Shown here piece after piece: positions 28,570 through 38,536 of a DNA stretch of 64,000 nucleotides. A program made the position numbers and the translations under genes. Position 1 is the first letter of the stretch; every line of letters starts with the position of its first letter. The notes beneath the pieces were generated by a model that ran no database searches, was not told the DNA's origin, and was given only the letters and a program-made list of their open reading frames with translations. The DNA lies in contig JAUXOG010000085.1 of assembly GCA_030682385.1 (NCBI GenBank), forward strand, positions 696 through 64,695, read 5' to 3'. This DNA is from Bacteroidota bacterium (GTDB lineage Bacteria > Bacteroidota > Ignavibacteria > UBA10030 > BY39).

Positions 28570-30576
28570 TTAAAAAACTCTTACTGTGTTTCCACCACTC
28601 TCAGTGGCTTTTTGTAGAACTAATGAAGTATTTTTGGTTAGTTCTTCTTTCGTCATTCCTTCGCTCGCACCGGAGACACCAATGCTGAGTGTAACGGAAA
28701 AACTTTTATTCTCAAATGATACTACAACCGATGCGATTGTTTTGCGAATTTTTTCAGCCCATAAATATGCTTCATTGGCTGGCGTTCGTACTAATGCGAT
28801 TCCGAACCGGTCTTTATCTAATCTTCCGACAAGGTCGTATTGCCGTACACTGCTACGAATGACCTTCGATAAGGTTACTAGCAAATGATTGATACCGTTC
28901 TGACCATAACGAACGAGTAATTCGGGGTAATTATCCACACTTAAAAACAATAAAGATAAATCTTCACCGAAATCGTCGGCTCTGGATAATTCATCATTAA
29001 ATTTTTCGTTCCAGAATTTTTTCGAATAAACGCCCGTCAATTCATCGACGATAACATACTCGTCGATTATTTTGTTCATATAAAAAACTTCTAAAGCGGC
29101 GGCGGCATTTTCTGTAAGCCGGTATAAAACTTCGATATCCTGTTTCGAGAAATTATATTTATCTTTGCTCTCGACGTTTAATGCCCCATAGCATTTATTC
29201 ATCGAACTAATCGGAATCGAAATAAACGAACCGGAATTATTTATTTTTTCGCCTTCAAAATATCGACATCTGTTTTGCGATCCGATATCTTCTATCAATT
29301 CGTGTGAATTATTTTTTATCACTTCACCGACTATGCTCGTATAAAAATCAATTGTAGTATCAGGTCGAATATAAATTTCGCCGCTACGGTTAATAACTTT
29401 TTGGACAGTCCAGATCTGTTTCACTTCGTCCTGCATCACGACCGAGATGAAATCCCATTTCAATAATTTTGTGGATTCATCAACAAGCGATTGCGAGATT
29501 GTTGAGACAGTTAAATCTGCCTTTATCTTTTCTTGAAAACGATGTATTGCATTCAAAAGTTCGGCATCAAGTAGTAAGTCATATTTATCGGTATAACTTT
29601 TGATCAAGCCTGAAATCAATTTTGTACACTGTCCCAATAGAAGCAATGTTTCATAACCGAATGCTTCTTCTGTTTTGCTATCTATCGCGACAACGGCAAC
29701 AGCTTCATCAACTGATTTATTTGCTACTACATTTTTAAAGAATACCGGTACGCCAACAAACGATTTAATGAATTGCGGCTGGGAATAATAAGCTATCAAT
29801 TCGTGTTCGGAAACGGGATTAACGCGTGTAATAATTTCGGGCTTCGATTGTAGAGCGATTTTGCTTACTATATCATGCCCGATATTAAAACGACGAGAAT
29901 CTAAAAAGTTATGACTATCTGTAATTTTTTCTTCACACACCATTTGTTGCTTTTCCTGGTTCGCCCAGAAAAAAGCTACTGTGTGGGCAAAAGTAACTTC
30001 TTTAATTACTGCAAGAACCTTATTCAATAAGTAATCAAATTCAGTTCGCGGTTCTGAACCACCTTTATAAACATCAGCGTTCACATCAAAAAAATCAGAA
30101 ACCTGAAACTCACGAACCGCTTGCTTTGCTTCAGGTTTAAAAGGCTTAGTAACCATAACTTTTTTCTCCTCTTTTGGAGTTTGAGTTGCCACGGTTTTAT
30201 TTGTCGAACGGACTACCACATCATCGTCAATTTCCTTGACCACACATTTCCCCAGTCGGTCGCTTTGGAAATCATCGAATACTAGTTTTTTCATCTCGTT
30301 TTCTTCCTCTGATGTTCTTACTTCTGAAATGTCCTCGGATTGTTTTACATCCGGAGACATCGTGGCTGTTAGTTCTTTTTGTTTAAACTTAATTGATAAA
30401 ATGAATAAGCAAACAGCCGTGCAAAATATAAATGTAAATATAGATTTCCAGAACAGATCATCAATCCAAAAAGTAATACTGATGGCTATGAGTCCCACCA
30501 ATAATATAAGCCCATCAATATTCTGAACAAATCGAAAAACTTGGTCCCAATGCGATTGGGTTCTTAAATTCAACAT
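28570..30576 (-). CDS. Membrane-anchored GAF-GAF-GGDEF protein with degenerate active site
   Basis: Two N-terminal TMs, two GAF-like domains (SFVGVPV; SFISIPI..YGALNVES), DELTG, and RQYDLVGRLDKDRF in place of RxxDxxxRxGGEEF. Confidence 0.82.
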   Translation of the reverse strand: MLNLRTQSHWDQVFRFVQNIDGLILLVGLIAISITFWIDDLFWKSIFTFIFCTAVCLFILSIKFKQKELTATMSPDVKQSEDISEVRTSEEENEMKKLVFDDFQSDRLGKCVVKEIDDDVVVRSTNKTVATQTPKEEKKVMVTKPFKPEAKQAVREFQVSDFFDVNADVYKGGSEPRTEFDYLLNKVLAVIKEVTFAHTVAFFWANQEKQQMVCEEKITDSHNFLDSRRFNIGHDIVSKIALQSKPEIITRVNPVSEHELIAYYSQPQFIKSFVGVPVFFKNVVANKSVDEAVAVVAIDSKTEEAFGYETLLLLGQCTKLISGLIKSYTDKYDLLLDAELLNAIHRFQEKIKADLTVSTISQSLVDESTKLLKWDFISVVMQDEVKQIWTVQKVINRSGEIYIRPDTTIDFYTSIVGEVIKNNSHELIEDIGSQNRCRYFEGEKINNSGSFISIPISSMNKCYGALNVESKDKYNFSKQDIEVLYRLTENAAAALEVFYMNKIIDEYVIVDELTGVYSKKFWNEKFNDELSRADDFGEDLSLLFLSVDNYPELLVRYGQNGINHLLVTLSKVIRSSVRQYDLVGRLDKDRFGIALVRTPANEAYLWAEKIRKTIASVVVSFENKSFSVTLSIGVSGASEGMTKEELTKNTSLVLQKATESGGNTVRVF

Positions 30577-30612
30577 AGTTTTTTGATTGAAAATACTATC
30601 GAAAATCGGCTT

Positions 30613-30641
30613 AATTTAAACAATATTACAAACAAAGTCAA
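30613..30641 (-). promoter_or_regulatory. Sigma70-type promoter upstream of the GGDEF gene
   Basis: TTGACT (30641-30636)-N17-TAAATT (30618-30613), 36 nt before the start codon. Confidence 0.55.
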
Positions 30642-30677
30642 CAAAATCATTGAAATTTATTAAATAACAGCATTCGA

Positions 30678-31940
30678 TTAACGATTATCAGCATAAATAA
30701 GGTATTTTTGAGCGTTTTTTTTAAAGTCCTTTATACCGACTTTGTGGAACTTTTCGACAGCTTTTCTACCATTTTTAATATTTAGGTTCTCAAAAACCTT
30801 CTTATCGCCTGCTAACTTATCGAAAAAATTACGATTATATTTTAAAGAATCAGGAAATAATTTTTGAATTATCTGAATCACAAAGAGGACAGATTCAACA
30901 GGTCTGTATTTTTGTCTGTCCAGAATGTTAAAATAAATTCCGCTACATTTTCGATTAGCATATTTTGGGTTTGCAGCGCTAATCGAATCCGGTGTCGGTG
31001 TAAATTCGATTGGTTCAAATCGCACACCGTTCAGTTTCAGATCATTTAATTTCTTCGCTAACAATTTTCCGTTTATCCATGGCGCCCCGATATATTCAAA
31101 AGGTTTTTCTGTACCGCGTCCTTCTGAAATATTCGTCGCTTCAAAAAGACAATTTCCCGGATACACAACTGCCGTAGAAACAGTTTTCATATTTGGAGAG
31201 GGCGACACCCACGAAAGTTTTGTTTCATCAAAATACATTTTCCGTTTCCAATTTTCCATCGGAATTACAGTTAAATCAATTTGAATATTTTTTTCAATCC
31301 AATTTTCGCCGACTGCCATTTGTGCAATTTCACCCAACGTCAAACCATGACGTATAGGAATAGGAAAAAAACCAACTGCTGATTTCAAATCTACATCGAG
31401 TAGAGGCCCTTCGACATCAACACCATTTATAGGGTTGGGGCGGTCGAGCACGATAAACCGGATTTTATTTTCCGCAGCAGCTTGCATAGCATAAGCCATC
31501 GTAACATTGTAAGTATAAAACCGTGCCCCAACATCTTGTAAATCGAACAGCAATACCTCGATTCCTTGAAGCATATCCGGAGTTGGTTTGAGTGTCTTCC
31601 CATACAACGAAAATATTTTTAAACCGGTTATAGAATCTGTTTGGTCTTGAACTTTTATACCGGCAGGTACTCTGCCTCGTATGCCGTGTTCAGGACTGAA
31701 TAATGCAACTATATTTACATTTCTTTTTTGAAGTGAATCAACAATGTGGACACCATTAGATAGCAAAGATGTATGGTTGCAAATTACACCGACTCGCTTC
31801 CCGGATATTTTCTCAAAATATTTTTCGAAGAATACATCAGCACCGTATCTAACCTTGCTGTGTTGCGAATAGAGTAGAACGTTGCCCGAAAGATAAATAA
31901 ATAAAAACGTCAATATGTTATATAGCACTTTTGTGAACAA
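30678..31940 (-). CDS. namZ: Exo-beta-N-acetylmuramidase NamZ-like (DUF1343)
   Basis: RVGVICNHTS, ALFSPEHGIRG, FDLQDVGARFYTY, VLDRPNP, RHGLTLGE, SPSPNM, SEGRGT..PFEYIGAPW. Confidence 0.8.
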   Translation of the reverse strand: MFTKVLYNILTFLFIYLSGNVLLYSQHSKVRYGADVFFEKYFEKISGKRVGVICNHTSLLSNGVHIVDSLQKRNVNIVALFSPEHGIRGRVPAGIKVQDQTDSITGLKIFSLYGKTLKPTPDMLQGIEVLLFDLQDVGARFYTYNVTMAYAMQAAAENKIRFIVLDRPNPINGVDVEGPLLDVDLKSAVGFFPIPIRHGLTLGEIAQMAVGENWIEKNIQIDLTVIPMENWKRKMYFDETKLSWVSPSPNMKTVSTAVVYPGNCLFEATNISEGRGTEKPFEYIGAPWINGKLLAKKLNDLKLNGVRFEPIEFTPTPDSISAANPKYANRKCSGIYFNILDRQKYRPVESVLFVIQIIQKLFPDSLKYNRNFFDKLAGDKKVFENLNIKNGRKAVEKFHKVGIKDFKKNAQKYLIYADNR

Positions 31941-31941
31941 G

Positions 31942-32475
31942 TTATATTTTATCCATCGCTAAAATCCATGCGGCAAGCGTCATTCCGTCCCATATTTCAT
32001 TTGATTTAATTTTGGACTCAATCTCTTCCCTGCTCAAAATTATCCTTTCAAATTCTTCGGTATCATCGTGAGGGATATCAACAGGTGTTAGTTTACGAGC
32101 TATGAAAACATTGCACATTTCGTCCGTTACACCGTTATAGGGATTATAAGTACCTGCAAAAGTCAATTCACCCGCTATTACGCCGGCTTCTTCTGCCAAT
32201 TCTTGAGCTGCCATTTCCTCGATAGTAGCACCGTCGGCGATGCTGCCGCAAGGAAATTCAAGACTTTCTTTTCCGGCGAGGTAACGATATTGTTTGACCA
32301 TCAAAATTTTACCGTCGTCGAAAACCGGAATTATTAAACTCGACCCATTCGTGTGGACATAGTGATACTCACCGAATTTTCCTGAAGGAAGCTGAACCTC
32401 ATCAACTAAATAAGTCCACCAATTATTCGGAATTTTATTTATCTGCTTTAATTTTTTCCATGGTTTCAGTTTCAT
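31942..32475 (-). CDS. NUDIX hydrolase (ADP-ribose pyrophosphatase-like)
   Basis: VKQYRY, LEFPCG, variant Nudix box [30 protein letters not shown]. Confidence 0.85.
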   Translation of the reverse strand: MKLKPWKKLKQINKIPNNWWTYLVDEVQLPSGKFGEYHYVHTNGSSLIIPVFDDGKILMVKQYRYLAGKESLEFPCGSIADGATIEEMAAQELAEEAGVIAGELTFAGTYNPYNGVTDEMCNVFIARKLTPVDIPHDDTEEFERIILSREEIESKIKSNEIWDGMTLAAWILAMDKI

Positions 32476-32897
32476 ATAACTTCAATTAATTCTTTTACAG
32501 AGAAAAAGAATGCTATCTCAATTTTACCATTTTCGGGTGAGTCGGATCCGTGCACGATATTCTCACCTTTGTTGTCGGCAAAATCTTTCCTGATAGTACC
32601 GGGCACAGCTTCAGCCGGATCGGTTGCGCCGATCAAAGTTCGGAAATCTGCGATTGCATTCTCTTTTTCTAAAGCTATCGGAACACAGGCACCTGAACTC
32701 ATAAATTCGACCAAACCATCGTAAAAGGGCCTGCCTTTATGAACCGCATAAAATGCACCGGCAGTTTCTTGGGTAAGCCGGGTTTTTTTCATGCCGATTA
32801 TTTTAAATCCTGCTTTTTCGATTCGTGCAATTACTGCACCTGTTAAATTTTTTCTAACGCAATCAGGCTTCAGAATTGCTAATGTTCTTTCTATCAA
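32472..32897 (-). CDS. ndk: Nucleoside diphosphate kinase
   Basis: [33 protein letters not shown]; TTG start with AAGGAG SD. Confidence 0.96.
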   Translation of the reverse strand: MIERTLAILKPDCVRKNLTGAVIARIEKAGFKIIGMKKTRLTQETAGAFYAVHKGRPFYDGLVEFMSSGACVPIALEKENAIADFRTLIGATDPAEAVPGTIRKDFADNKGENIVHGSDSPENGKIEIAFFFSVKELIEVI

Positions 32898-32910
32898 CTG
32901 TTACTCCTTT

Positions 32911-34008
32911 TTATTTTTTACTTTTAGATTTTTTTACAGATTTAACTTTTTTAGCTTTCGCCGGTTTTGCCTTTTTGCGGGATGACACTTTTTTATTCTT
33001 CTTTTTGTCAACAGCCGCAGAGTACAATTTTTTCAATTTGGCGCTCAACTTTGGTTTTACAACCTTTTTCTTTTTTCTAACAGATGCAGTAATATTTTGG
33101 GGTTTCCTTTGTTCAGCCAAAACTTTTTCTACGGTTTCACCAATCAGCGCCGGACTTTCAACAACATGAATCCCCGCTTCACGCATCGCTTGCATTTTCT
33201 CAACAGCAGTTCCCTTGCCTCCTGAAATTATAGCGCCGGCGTGTCCCATTCTCCGTCCGGGAGGTGCTGTTCTTCCGGCAATAAATCCGATTACCGGTTT
33301 ATTAAATTCTTTCTTAATATATTCAGCGGCTTCTTCTTCGGCAGTTCCCCCAATCTCGCCAATCATAATTATTGCTTCGGTATCCGGATCGTTCTTAAAT
33401 ATTTTTAACGCATCTGTAAATTGTGTTCCGATAATCGGATCGCCGCCTATTCCGATGCAAGTTGACTGGCCTATGCCTCGCTCGGTAAGTTGCCAAACTG
33501 CTTCGTATGTTAACGTACCACTACGCGAAATCAGTCCGACTTTCCCTGGCAGATGAATAAAGCCAGGCATAATTCCGATTTTTGCCTTCCCCGGTGAAAT
33601 GATTCCCGGACAATTCGGACCTATCAAACGAACATTTTTCTTATTAAGATATTCTTTCACACTTACCATATCTTTTGTAGGGATTCCCTCAGTAATACAG
33701 ACGATTAACTTAATCCCGGCATCGGCAGATTCTTTTATCGCATCTGCGGCAAAAGCCGATGGGACAAAAATCACCGAAGTGTTGGCACCTTCATTTTTAA
33801 CTGCATCGGCAACGGTGTTGAAAACTGGTACCGGATGTGCAAACGAATCTATTTCGTTTCCTTTATACATCATCCCGCCTTTACCGGGGGTTACGCCGGC
33901 AACGACTTTCGTTCCGTATGCAATCATTTGCGATGTATGAAACGTTCCTTCGCCGCCTGTTATTCCTTGAACTACTAAACGTGTTGTATTATCTGCAAGT
34001 ATGCTCAT
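32911..34008 (-). CDS. sucD: Succinyl-CoA synthetase alpha subunit with a 67-aa Lys-rich C-terminal extension
   Basis: [46 protein letters not shown] (phospho-His); extra tail EQRKP...KSKSKK. Confidence 0.95.
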   Translation of the reverse strand: MSILADNTTRLVVQGITGGEGTFHTSQMIAYGTKVVAGVTPGKGGMMYKGNEIDSFAHPVPVFNTVADAVKNEGANTSVIFVPSAFAADAIKESADAGIKLIVCITEGIPTKDMVSVKEYLNKKNVRLIGPNCPGIISPGKAKIGIMPGFIHLPGKVGLISRSGTLTYEAVWQLTERGIGQSTCIGIGGDPIIGTQFTDALKIFKNDPDTEAIIMIGEIGGTAEEEAAEYIKKEFNKPVIGFIAGRTAPPGRRMGHAGAIISGGKGTAVEKMQAMREAGIHVVESPALIGETVEKVLAEQRKPQNITASVRKKKKVVKPKLSAKLKKLYSAAVDKKKNKKVSSRKKAKPAKAKKVKSVKKSKSKK

Positions 34009-34051
34009 AAATTATTCTTCTTAATTTTGTTAAACATTATTTTTCGTTATT

Positions 34052-34240
34052 TTATATTTCGCCTCTGCGAAATTTCTGTAAAGTTTCCCATTGTTCAGGA
34101 GTTAGTGTGTTATAAATAAATTCCTGCCATTCTTCAAACCATTCGAGTCGTTGGTCTATCGGTATTTGTTTATATCTTTCTATTTGTTCGTCGGTAATGT
34201 GATAAGAATAACCGCCTTTCTTTTTTTGCTTCTCATCCAT
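34052..34240 (-). CDS. Small hypothetical protein (62 aa), partner of the nucleotidyltransferase
   Basis: Overlaps the NTase stop by 8 nt, co-oriented; LEWFEEWQEF amphipathic segment. Confidence 0.65.
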   Translation of the reverse strand: MDEKQKKKGGYSYHITDEQIERYKQIPIDQRLEWFEEWQEFIYNTLTPEQWETLQKFRRGEI

Positions 34241-34727
34241 TGTTAATCTCTTTAATTTTCTTCAATGCTTCAATATCATCCTGATCTTGCTGTCGCCCAG
34301 CTAATGATTTTAAATTTATTAAATCGTCGATGCTTATGACAGATACCGGAATCGTGTTAGAATAAACAATTTTTCTTCTTGAGTAACATTCATCGAAATC
34401 AAAAACATTTTCTATAAATATATCGATTACCTGAAATACTTTATCTTTATTAACAAACGAAAGAACTAACATATTCTTTTCGTTTCGCCATTTTTGCCTA
34501 TTATCTGGATTAACAAATTCTTCCACTTTAATAGGAACAATCGGAAACCAGCCAAGAGAATTCAGTTTATTCCAAAATGAATATATATTTTCTGGCTTAA
34601 GAGATATCAGCAAATCTATATCATAAGTCGAGCGTGGTATTCCGTGTAAACTGACTGCCATACCGCCAACAACAAGATACTTGATTTGGGACTCGTTCAG
34701 AGCTTTGAATAATTCCTGATATACCAT
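34233..34727 (-). CDS. Pol-beta-superfamily nucleotidyltransferase-like protein
   Basis: YLVVGGMAVSLHG.PRSTYDIDL (GG...DxD), VISIDDLINLK..AGRQQDQDDIEAL. Confidence 0.8.
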   Translation of the reverse strand: MVYQELFKALNESQIKYLVVGGMAVSLHGIPRSTYDIDLLISLKPENIYSFWNKLNSLGWFPIVPIKVEEFVNPDNRQKWRNEKNMLVLSFVNKDKVFQVIDIFIENVFDFDECYSRRKIVYSNTIPVSVISIDDLINLKSLAGRQQDQDDIEALKKIKEINNG

Positions 34728-34735
34728 TACGTATT

Positions 34736-34936
34736 TTATTGATCCTTCTTCTCTTCCACTTTTGCAGAATCCTTTGGTTGTTCGATGTCCGTTTGGATAT
34801 CTCGTGCTGCTTTCCGGAATTCACGTATGCCCTTGCCTAAACCTTGAGCTAAATCCGGAATTTTTTTCGCACCAAAAAATATTAAAATGAAAAGAAGAAT
34901 TAATAATATTTCAGTCGTTCCTAAATTGCCAAACAT
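34736..34936 (-). CDS. tatA: Twin-arginine translocase TatA
   Basis: [37 protein letters not shown]. Confidence 0.93.
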   Translation of the reverse strand: MFGNLGTTEILLILLFILIFFGAKKIPDLAQGLGKGIREFRKAARDIQTDIEQPKDSAKVEEKKDQ

Positions 34937-34951
34937 AATTTTACCTTTAAG

Positions 34952-35674
34952 TTAGTTAAACACTTTTTCATGAATTAAATTTTTAATAACTGATTCAAAC
35001 ATTTTTTTACCATCTGTATGACACAGTATTTCATCCGACGCCCGTTCGGGATGCGGCATCATACCGAGAACATTCCCAGCTTCGTTTATGATTCCCGCAA
35101 TATTGTGAAGAGCACCATTCGGATTCGCTCCGTCGGTAATTATCCCATTCACATCACTGTAACGGAATACTATTTGACGGTTTTGTTCTAATCTATTAAT
35201 CGTTTCTGCATCCGCAAAATAATTACCATCACCATGAGCAATTGGTATTTTAATTACTTCACCTTGTGTGTATTCCGAGGTGAATGGGTTAGAATTATTC
35301 TCGACCCGCAGATAAACATAATCGCAGATGAACTTGAGCGATTTATTACGCAACAGAACACCGGGCAGCAGCCCTGTTTCGCAAAGTATTTGAAAGCCGT
35401 TGCATATTCCTAATACAACTCCACCTTTGTTAGCAAACTCAATTACAGCTTTCATAATAGGTGAAAATCGGGCAATTGCACCGCATCGTAAATAATCGCC
35501 GTAAGAAAAACCGCCAGGCAAAATCAGCGCATCAACATCCGCAATCGATGTTTCTTTGTGCCAGAAAAATTGCACTTCCTGATTTAAGATATTTTTAAGT
35601 ACATAATAACAATCGTGGTCGCAGTTTGAACCAGGGAAAACCACTACGCCAAATTTTACATCCGAACGAGTCAT
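34952..35674 (-). CDS. purQ: FGAM synthase glutaminase subunit
   Basis: [50 protein letters not shown]. Confidence 0.97.
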   Translation of the reverse strand: MTRSDVKFGVVVFPGSNCDHDCYYVLKNILNQEVQFFWHKETSIADVDALILPGGFSYGDYLRCGAIARFSPIMKAVIEFANKGGVVLGICNGFQILCETGLLPGVLLRNKSLKFICDYVYLRVENNSNPFTSEYTQGEVIKIPIAHGDGNYFADAETINRLEQNRQIVFRYSDVNGIITDGANPNGALHNIAGIINEAGNVLGMMPHPERASDEILCHTDGKKMFESVIKNLIHEKVFN

Positions 35675-35686
35675 TTATTAATATCT

Positions 35687-36001
35687 CTAATCCCATCGCG
35701 ATAGTGAATGCAGCAGATCTAATTTGGTTATCATAAGCACGATTATGAGAATCGAAAAAAAATATAACAGCAATTGAGCTTTCAGAATTAAATTTTTATT
35801 CTGCCCAAGGAATAAGATTACTTTAATCCGATCGAGCGAAGCAGCAACAAACAATGTTGATATGCCGATTAATAACAAAACCAAATGTGAAATGGGTTGA
35901 AAAAAATGATTCAAAAATAAAGATAAAATACCTATTAACGCATAACCAACAATTGAAAATTCAACCCAGGTTTTTTTAAAATAATAATATAATGTATCCA
36001 T
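35687..36001 (-). CDS. Hypothetical membrane protein
   Basis: 104-aa ORF with three hydrophobic helices filling the purS-purQ gap on the same strand. Confidence 0.65.
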   Translation of the reverse strand: MDTLYYYFKKTWVEFSIVGYALIGILSLFLNHFFQPISHLVLLLIGISTLFVAASLDRIKVILFLGQNKNLILKAQLLLYFFSILIIVLMITKLDLLHSLSRWD

Positions 36002-36016
36002 AAAATACCCTTCTAT

Positions 36017-36268
36017 TTAATTTATTTCTTCGATAGTAAAGGAGTAGTTTTCCATAATAACGTTCGACAGGAGCTTTTGACAAGCATCCTCGGTTTGTCG
36101 TTTAGCTTCTTCCATATTGTTGCTATTAATTTTCATTTCTATGTATTTACCTATTCTAACATCCTGAATGGAAGAAAAGTTTAAACTCTCAAGAGCATGA
36201 TAAACCGCTTTGCCTTGAGGGTCAAGAATAGATTTTTTTAAAGTGATTGTTATTTTTGCTAAAAACAA
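36017..36268 (-). CDS. purS: FGAM synthase subunit PurS
   Basis: LKKSILDPQGKAV, VRIGKYIEM, LLSNVIMENY. Confidence 0.93.
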   Translation of the reverse strand: MFLAKITITLKKSILDPQGKAVYHALESLNFSSIQDVRIGKYIEMKINSNNMEEAKRQTEDACQKLLSNVIMENYSFTIEEIN

Positions 36269-36283
36269 AATCCACCTGTAAAT

Positions 36284-37045
36284 TTACACATCGATACTCG
36301 TTTTTTCAGGATCTTCTTCAATTATTTTTTCATCTTGGAATAATTTTGGGATCGTTAAAATAGTCCATCTGATAATTCCTGAGAAAGAAAATAAAACAAA
36401 GAGGGGGAAAATTGCCGCCCCTTTGGTAGCTAAAATAATTATAACAGCCGTTAGGAATATACCGAATTTTAATGGATACTCTTTGATATTCCGTTTATTG
36501 AATTTGGGTAGAGTATCATATTTAAATGTGCTGACCATTAAAAGCGATAACCATATTATAAGAACAATAAAAACATCGGCTTTCCAACCGGCAATACCAT
36601 CGGCTTCCGAAAAATATGTTAGAACAAAAGCTACTAAGGCAATTGCTTGAGCCGGGATCGGAAGTCCTTTAAAAAAATCTTTATCGAAACCGACCAACTG
36701 GACGTTAAAGCGAGCGAGACGTATTCCACCTAAAATCAAAGGGAGCGAACTGATAATAATTCCCAATCCTTCGAGGTTGTGCAGATAAATTTTATACGCC
36801 ATAAAAGAAGGTGCTGCACCGAATGTTATCAAATCGGATAATGAATCAAACTCGACACCGAATTTGCTGGACGACTTCGTAATTCGTGCCATAATTCCAT
36901 CTAATGAATCGAATACAGCACCGAGTATGATAAGCCAAGCAGCAACTTCAAAATTTTCTTTACTCGAATGAATGATGGAGAAAAAACCGCAAAACATATT
37001 AAGGACGGTAAACAAACTTGGAACAACAGCGCGGGTAATTTTCAT
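36284..37045 (-). CDS. pssA: CDP-diacylglycerol--serine O-phosphatidyltransferase
   Basis: FDSLDGIMAR..SSKFGVEFDSLSDLITFGAAP, RLARFN, FKGLPIP; adjacent to psd. Confidence 0.92.
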   Translation of the reverse strand: MKITRAVVPSLFTVLNMFCGFFSIIHSSKENFEVAAWLIILGAVFDSLDGIMARITKSSSKFGVEFDSLSDLITFGAAPSFMAYKIYLHNLEGLGIIISSLPLILGGIRLARFNVQLVGFDKDFFKGLPIPAQAIALVAFVLTYFSEADGIAGWKADVFIVLIIWLSLLMVSTFKYDTLPKFNKRNIKEYPLKFGIFLTAVIIILATKGAAIFPLFVLFSFSGIIRWTILTIPKLFQDEKIIEEDPEKTSIDV

Positions 37046-37060
37046 TTTAAAATTTCATCC

Positions 37061-37720
37061 TTATTCACCTGTGAATTCAGCTATTACAGTTTCGCCGGCA
37101 GATACCTTTTGGTCAAGACTTACTTTAACTGTAACTTTATCTTTCGGCAGGAGCACGTCAACGCGCGAGCCGAACTTAATCATACCAAACCGCTCGCCCG
37201 TTTTGGCAGGCATTCCGATTTTCAAATCGGCTACAATTCTTCGAGCCACAGCTCCTGCAATTTGTTTAAACAAAACTTTACCATTTTTACTTTCAATGCC
37301 GATTAAGGTTCGCTCGTTTACATCGGAGGCTTTATCTTCGAATGCGACCAAATATTTGCCCGGGATGTGTTCGAAATATTGTATCGTGCCATCAACCGGG
37401 TAGCGATTCACATGGACATTTAAAGGCGACATAAAAATGCTGATAAGTACGGCATCGCTTTTTAAAAATTTATCTTCATAAATATCTTTAATTGAAATAA
37501 TTTTTCCATCGGCAGGTGATATTATCAAGTTATCTCCTGCCGGTGTAACTCGATCCGGGTCTCTAAAAAAATAGAGAGTGAATAAAATAAATGCTGAACT
37601 GAAAATAATCAGTATGTATTTTAATAAATCGATTCGAATAAAAAATGTTGAAATTAAAATCAGTGCAAAACAAATGAACGAAACTACACCGACAACATCG
37701 AGACCATATTTAGTTATCAA
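37061..37720 (-). CDS. psd: Phosphatidylserine decarboxylase proenzyme
   Basis: FFRDPDR, ISPADG, IFMSPLNVHVNR, GMIKFGSRVD self-cleavage motif. Confidence 0.94.
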   Translation of the reverse strand: MITKYGLDVVGVVSFICFALILISTFFIRIDLLKYILIIFSSAFILFTLYFFRDPDRVTPAGDNLIISPADGKIISIKDIYEDKFLKSDAVLISIFMSPLNVHVNRYPVDGTIQYFEHIPGKYLVAFEDKASDVNERTLIGIESKNGKVLFKQIAGAVARRIVADLKIGMPAKTGERFGMIKFGSRVDVLLPKDKVTVKVSLDQKVSAGETVIAEFTGE

Positions 37721-37736
37721 GAAATTCTCCTATTAT

Positions 37737-38453
37737 TCAAACTTTATGCGAAAGTCTGTCGTTTAATTCTGAAAATACTTTATAAATATTTTCATTTGAA
37801 TGATTAAAATAATCGCGCTGATATTTTCCATCTTCCGAGATATTCCAGAAGCGGCAGGTTAAAGGTGAAAGCTCGCCGCTTAGTACGATTTTATCTTCGA
37901 TATGTCCGAATTCAAGTTCAACATCAGTTAAGACCAAATTTCGCCTTTCACAAAGCGATCGCAATACAGCATTCGTTTTCGTTGCCAACCGGTTGATTGC
38001 CTTGAAATCCTCAATAGAAACCATCCCTAAAGATAGGATGTGTGTTTCGTTAATCGCTGTTTTACTTTTATCTTTGTTAAAATAACAGTATTCAAGTATC
38101 GGAAAAGTCAGAGGGTCCCCCTCTTTCAAATCGAATCTTTTGCTCAACGAAGTTGTAGCATAGTTATACACATGCACTGTCGTTTGTATCGGTTTATTTT
38201 GTTTAATGAGCAACTCGGAATCGGTCAAAGTTCTAACAAAATCAGTAGGAATTTGATATTTTTCTAAATATGCGAATAGATAAGAAGATATTTCAGCCCG
38301 GAGATTAACAAGACTTTTAGTTTTCCCACGTAGCTTTTTGATATCATGGGATTCTGAAATAAATTCCATTACCAACAAGTTAGGTTGGTCGGCAGTGTAT
38401 AGATTTTTTGTAGTGCCTTGATATATAAGTTCGCGTCCTTTTGATTTAGTCAC
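37737..38453 (-). CDS. PurC (SAICAR synthetase)-like protein with degenerate catalytic motifs
   Basis: PurC spacing recognisable (LIYQGTTKNLY, LVLTDVELEFG, LSGELSPLTCRFW) but key residues are replaced. GTG start 38453 has a GGAG SD; track start 38534 is the -35 box. Confidence 0.75.
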   Translation of the reverse strand: MTKSKGRELIYQGTTKNLYTADQPNLLVMEFISESHDIKKLRGKTKSLVNLRAEISSYLFAYLEKYQIPTDFVRTLTDSELLIKQNKPIQTTVHVYNYATTSLSKRFDLKEGDPLTFPILEYCYFNKDKSKTAINETHILSLGMVSIEDFKAINRLATKTNAVLRSLCERRNLVLTDVELEFGHIEDKIVLSGELSPLTCRFWNISEDGKYQRDYFNHSNENIYKVFSELNDRLSHKV

Positions 38454-38505
38454 TTTATCTCCATTGAGAGAGAATCTAACGATAATTATTAACGAATACG
38501 GTAGT

Positions 38506-38534
38506 ATATTAGCAAAAAAAAAGAAGAATGTCAA
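38506..38534 (-). promoter_or_regulatory. Sigma70-type promoter for the purC-like/psd/pssA/purS string
   Basis: TTGACA (38534-38529)-N17-TAATAT (38511-38506). Confidence 0.65.
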
Positions 38535-38536
38535 GG

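Noticed and set aside
38454-38534. N-terminal extensions given by the ORF track (here MTFFFFF...; likewise for 39876, 47826, 16132, 19870 and 25675 starts)
   Set aside because: They run through promoters, terminators or upstream genes; downstream starts with SD, signal peptide or family homology fit better.
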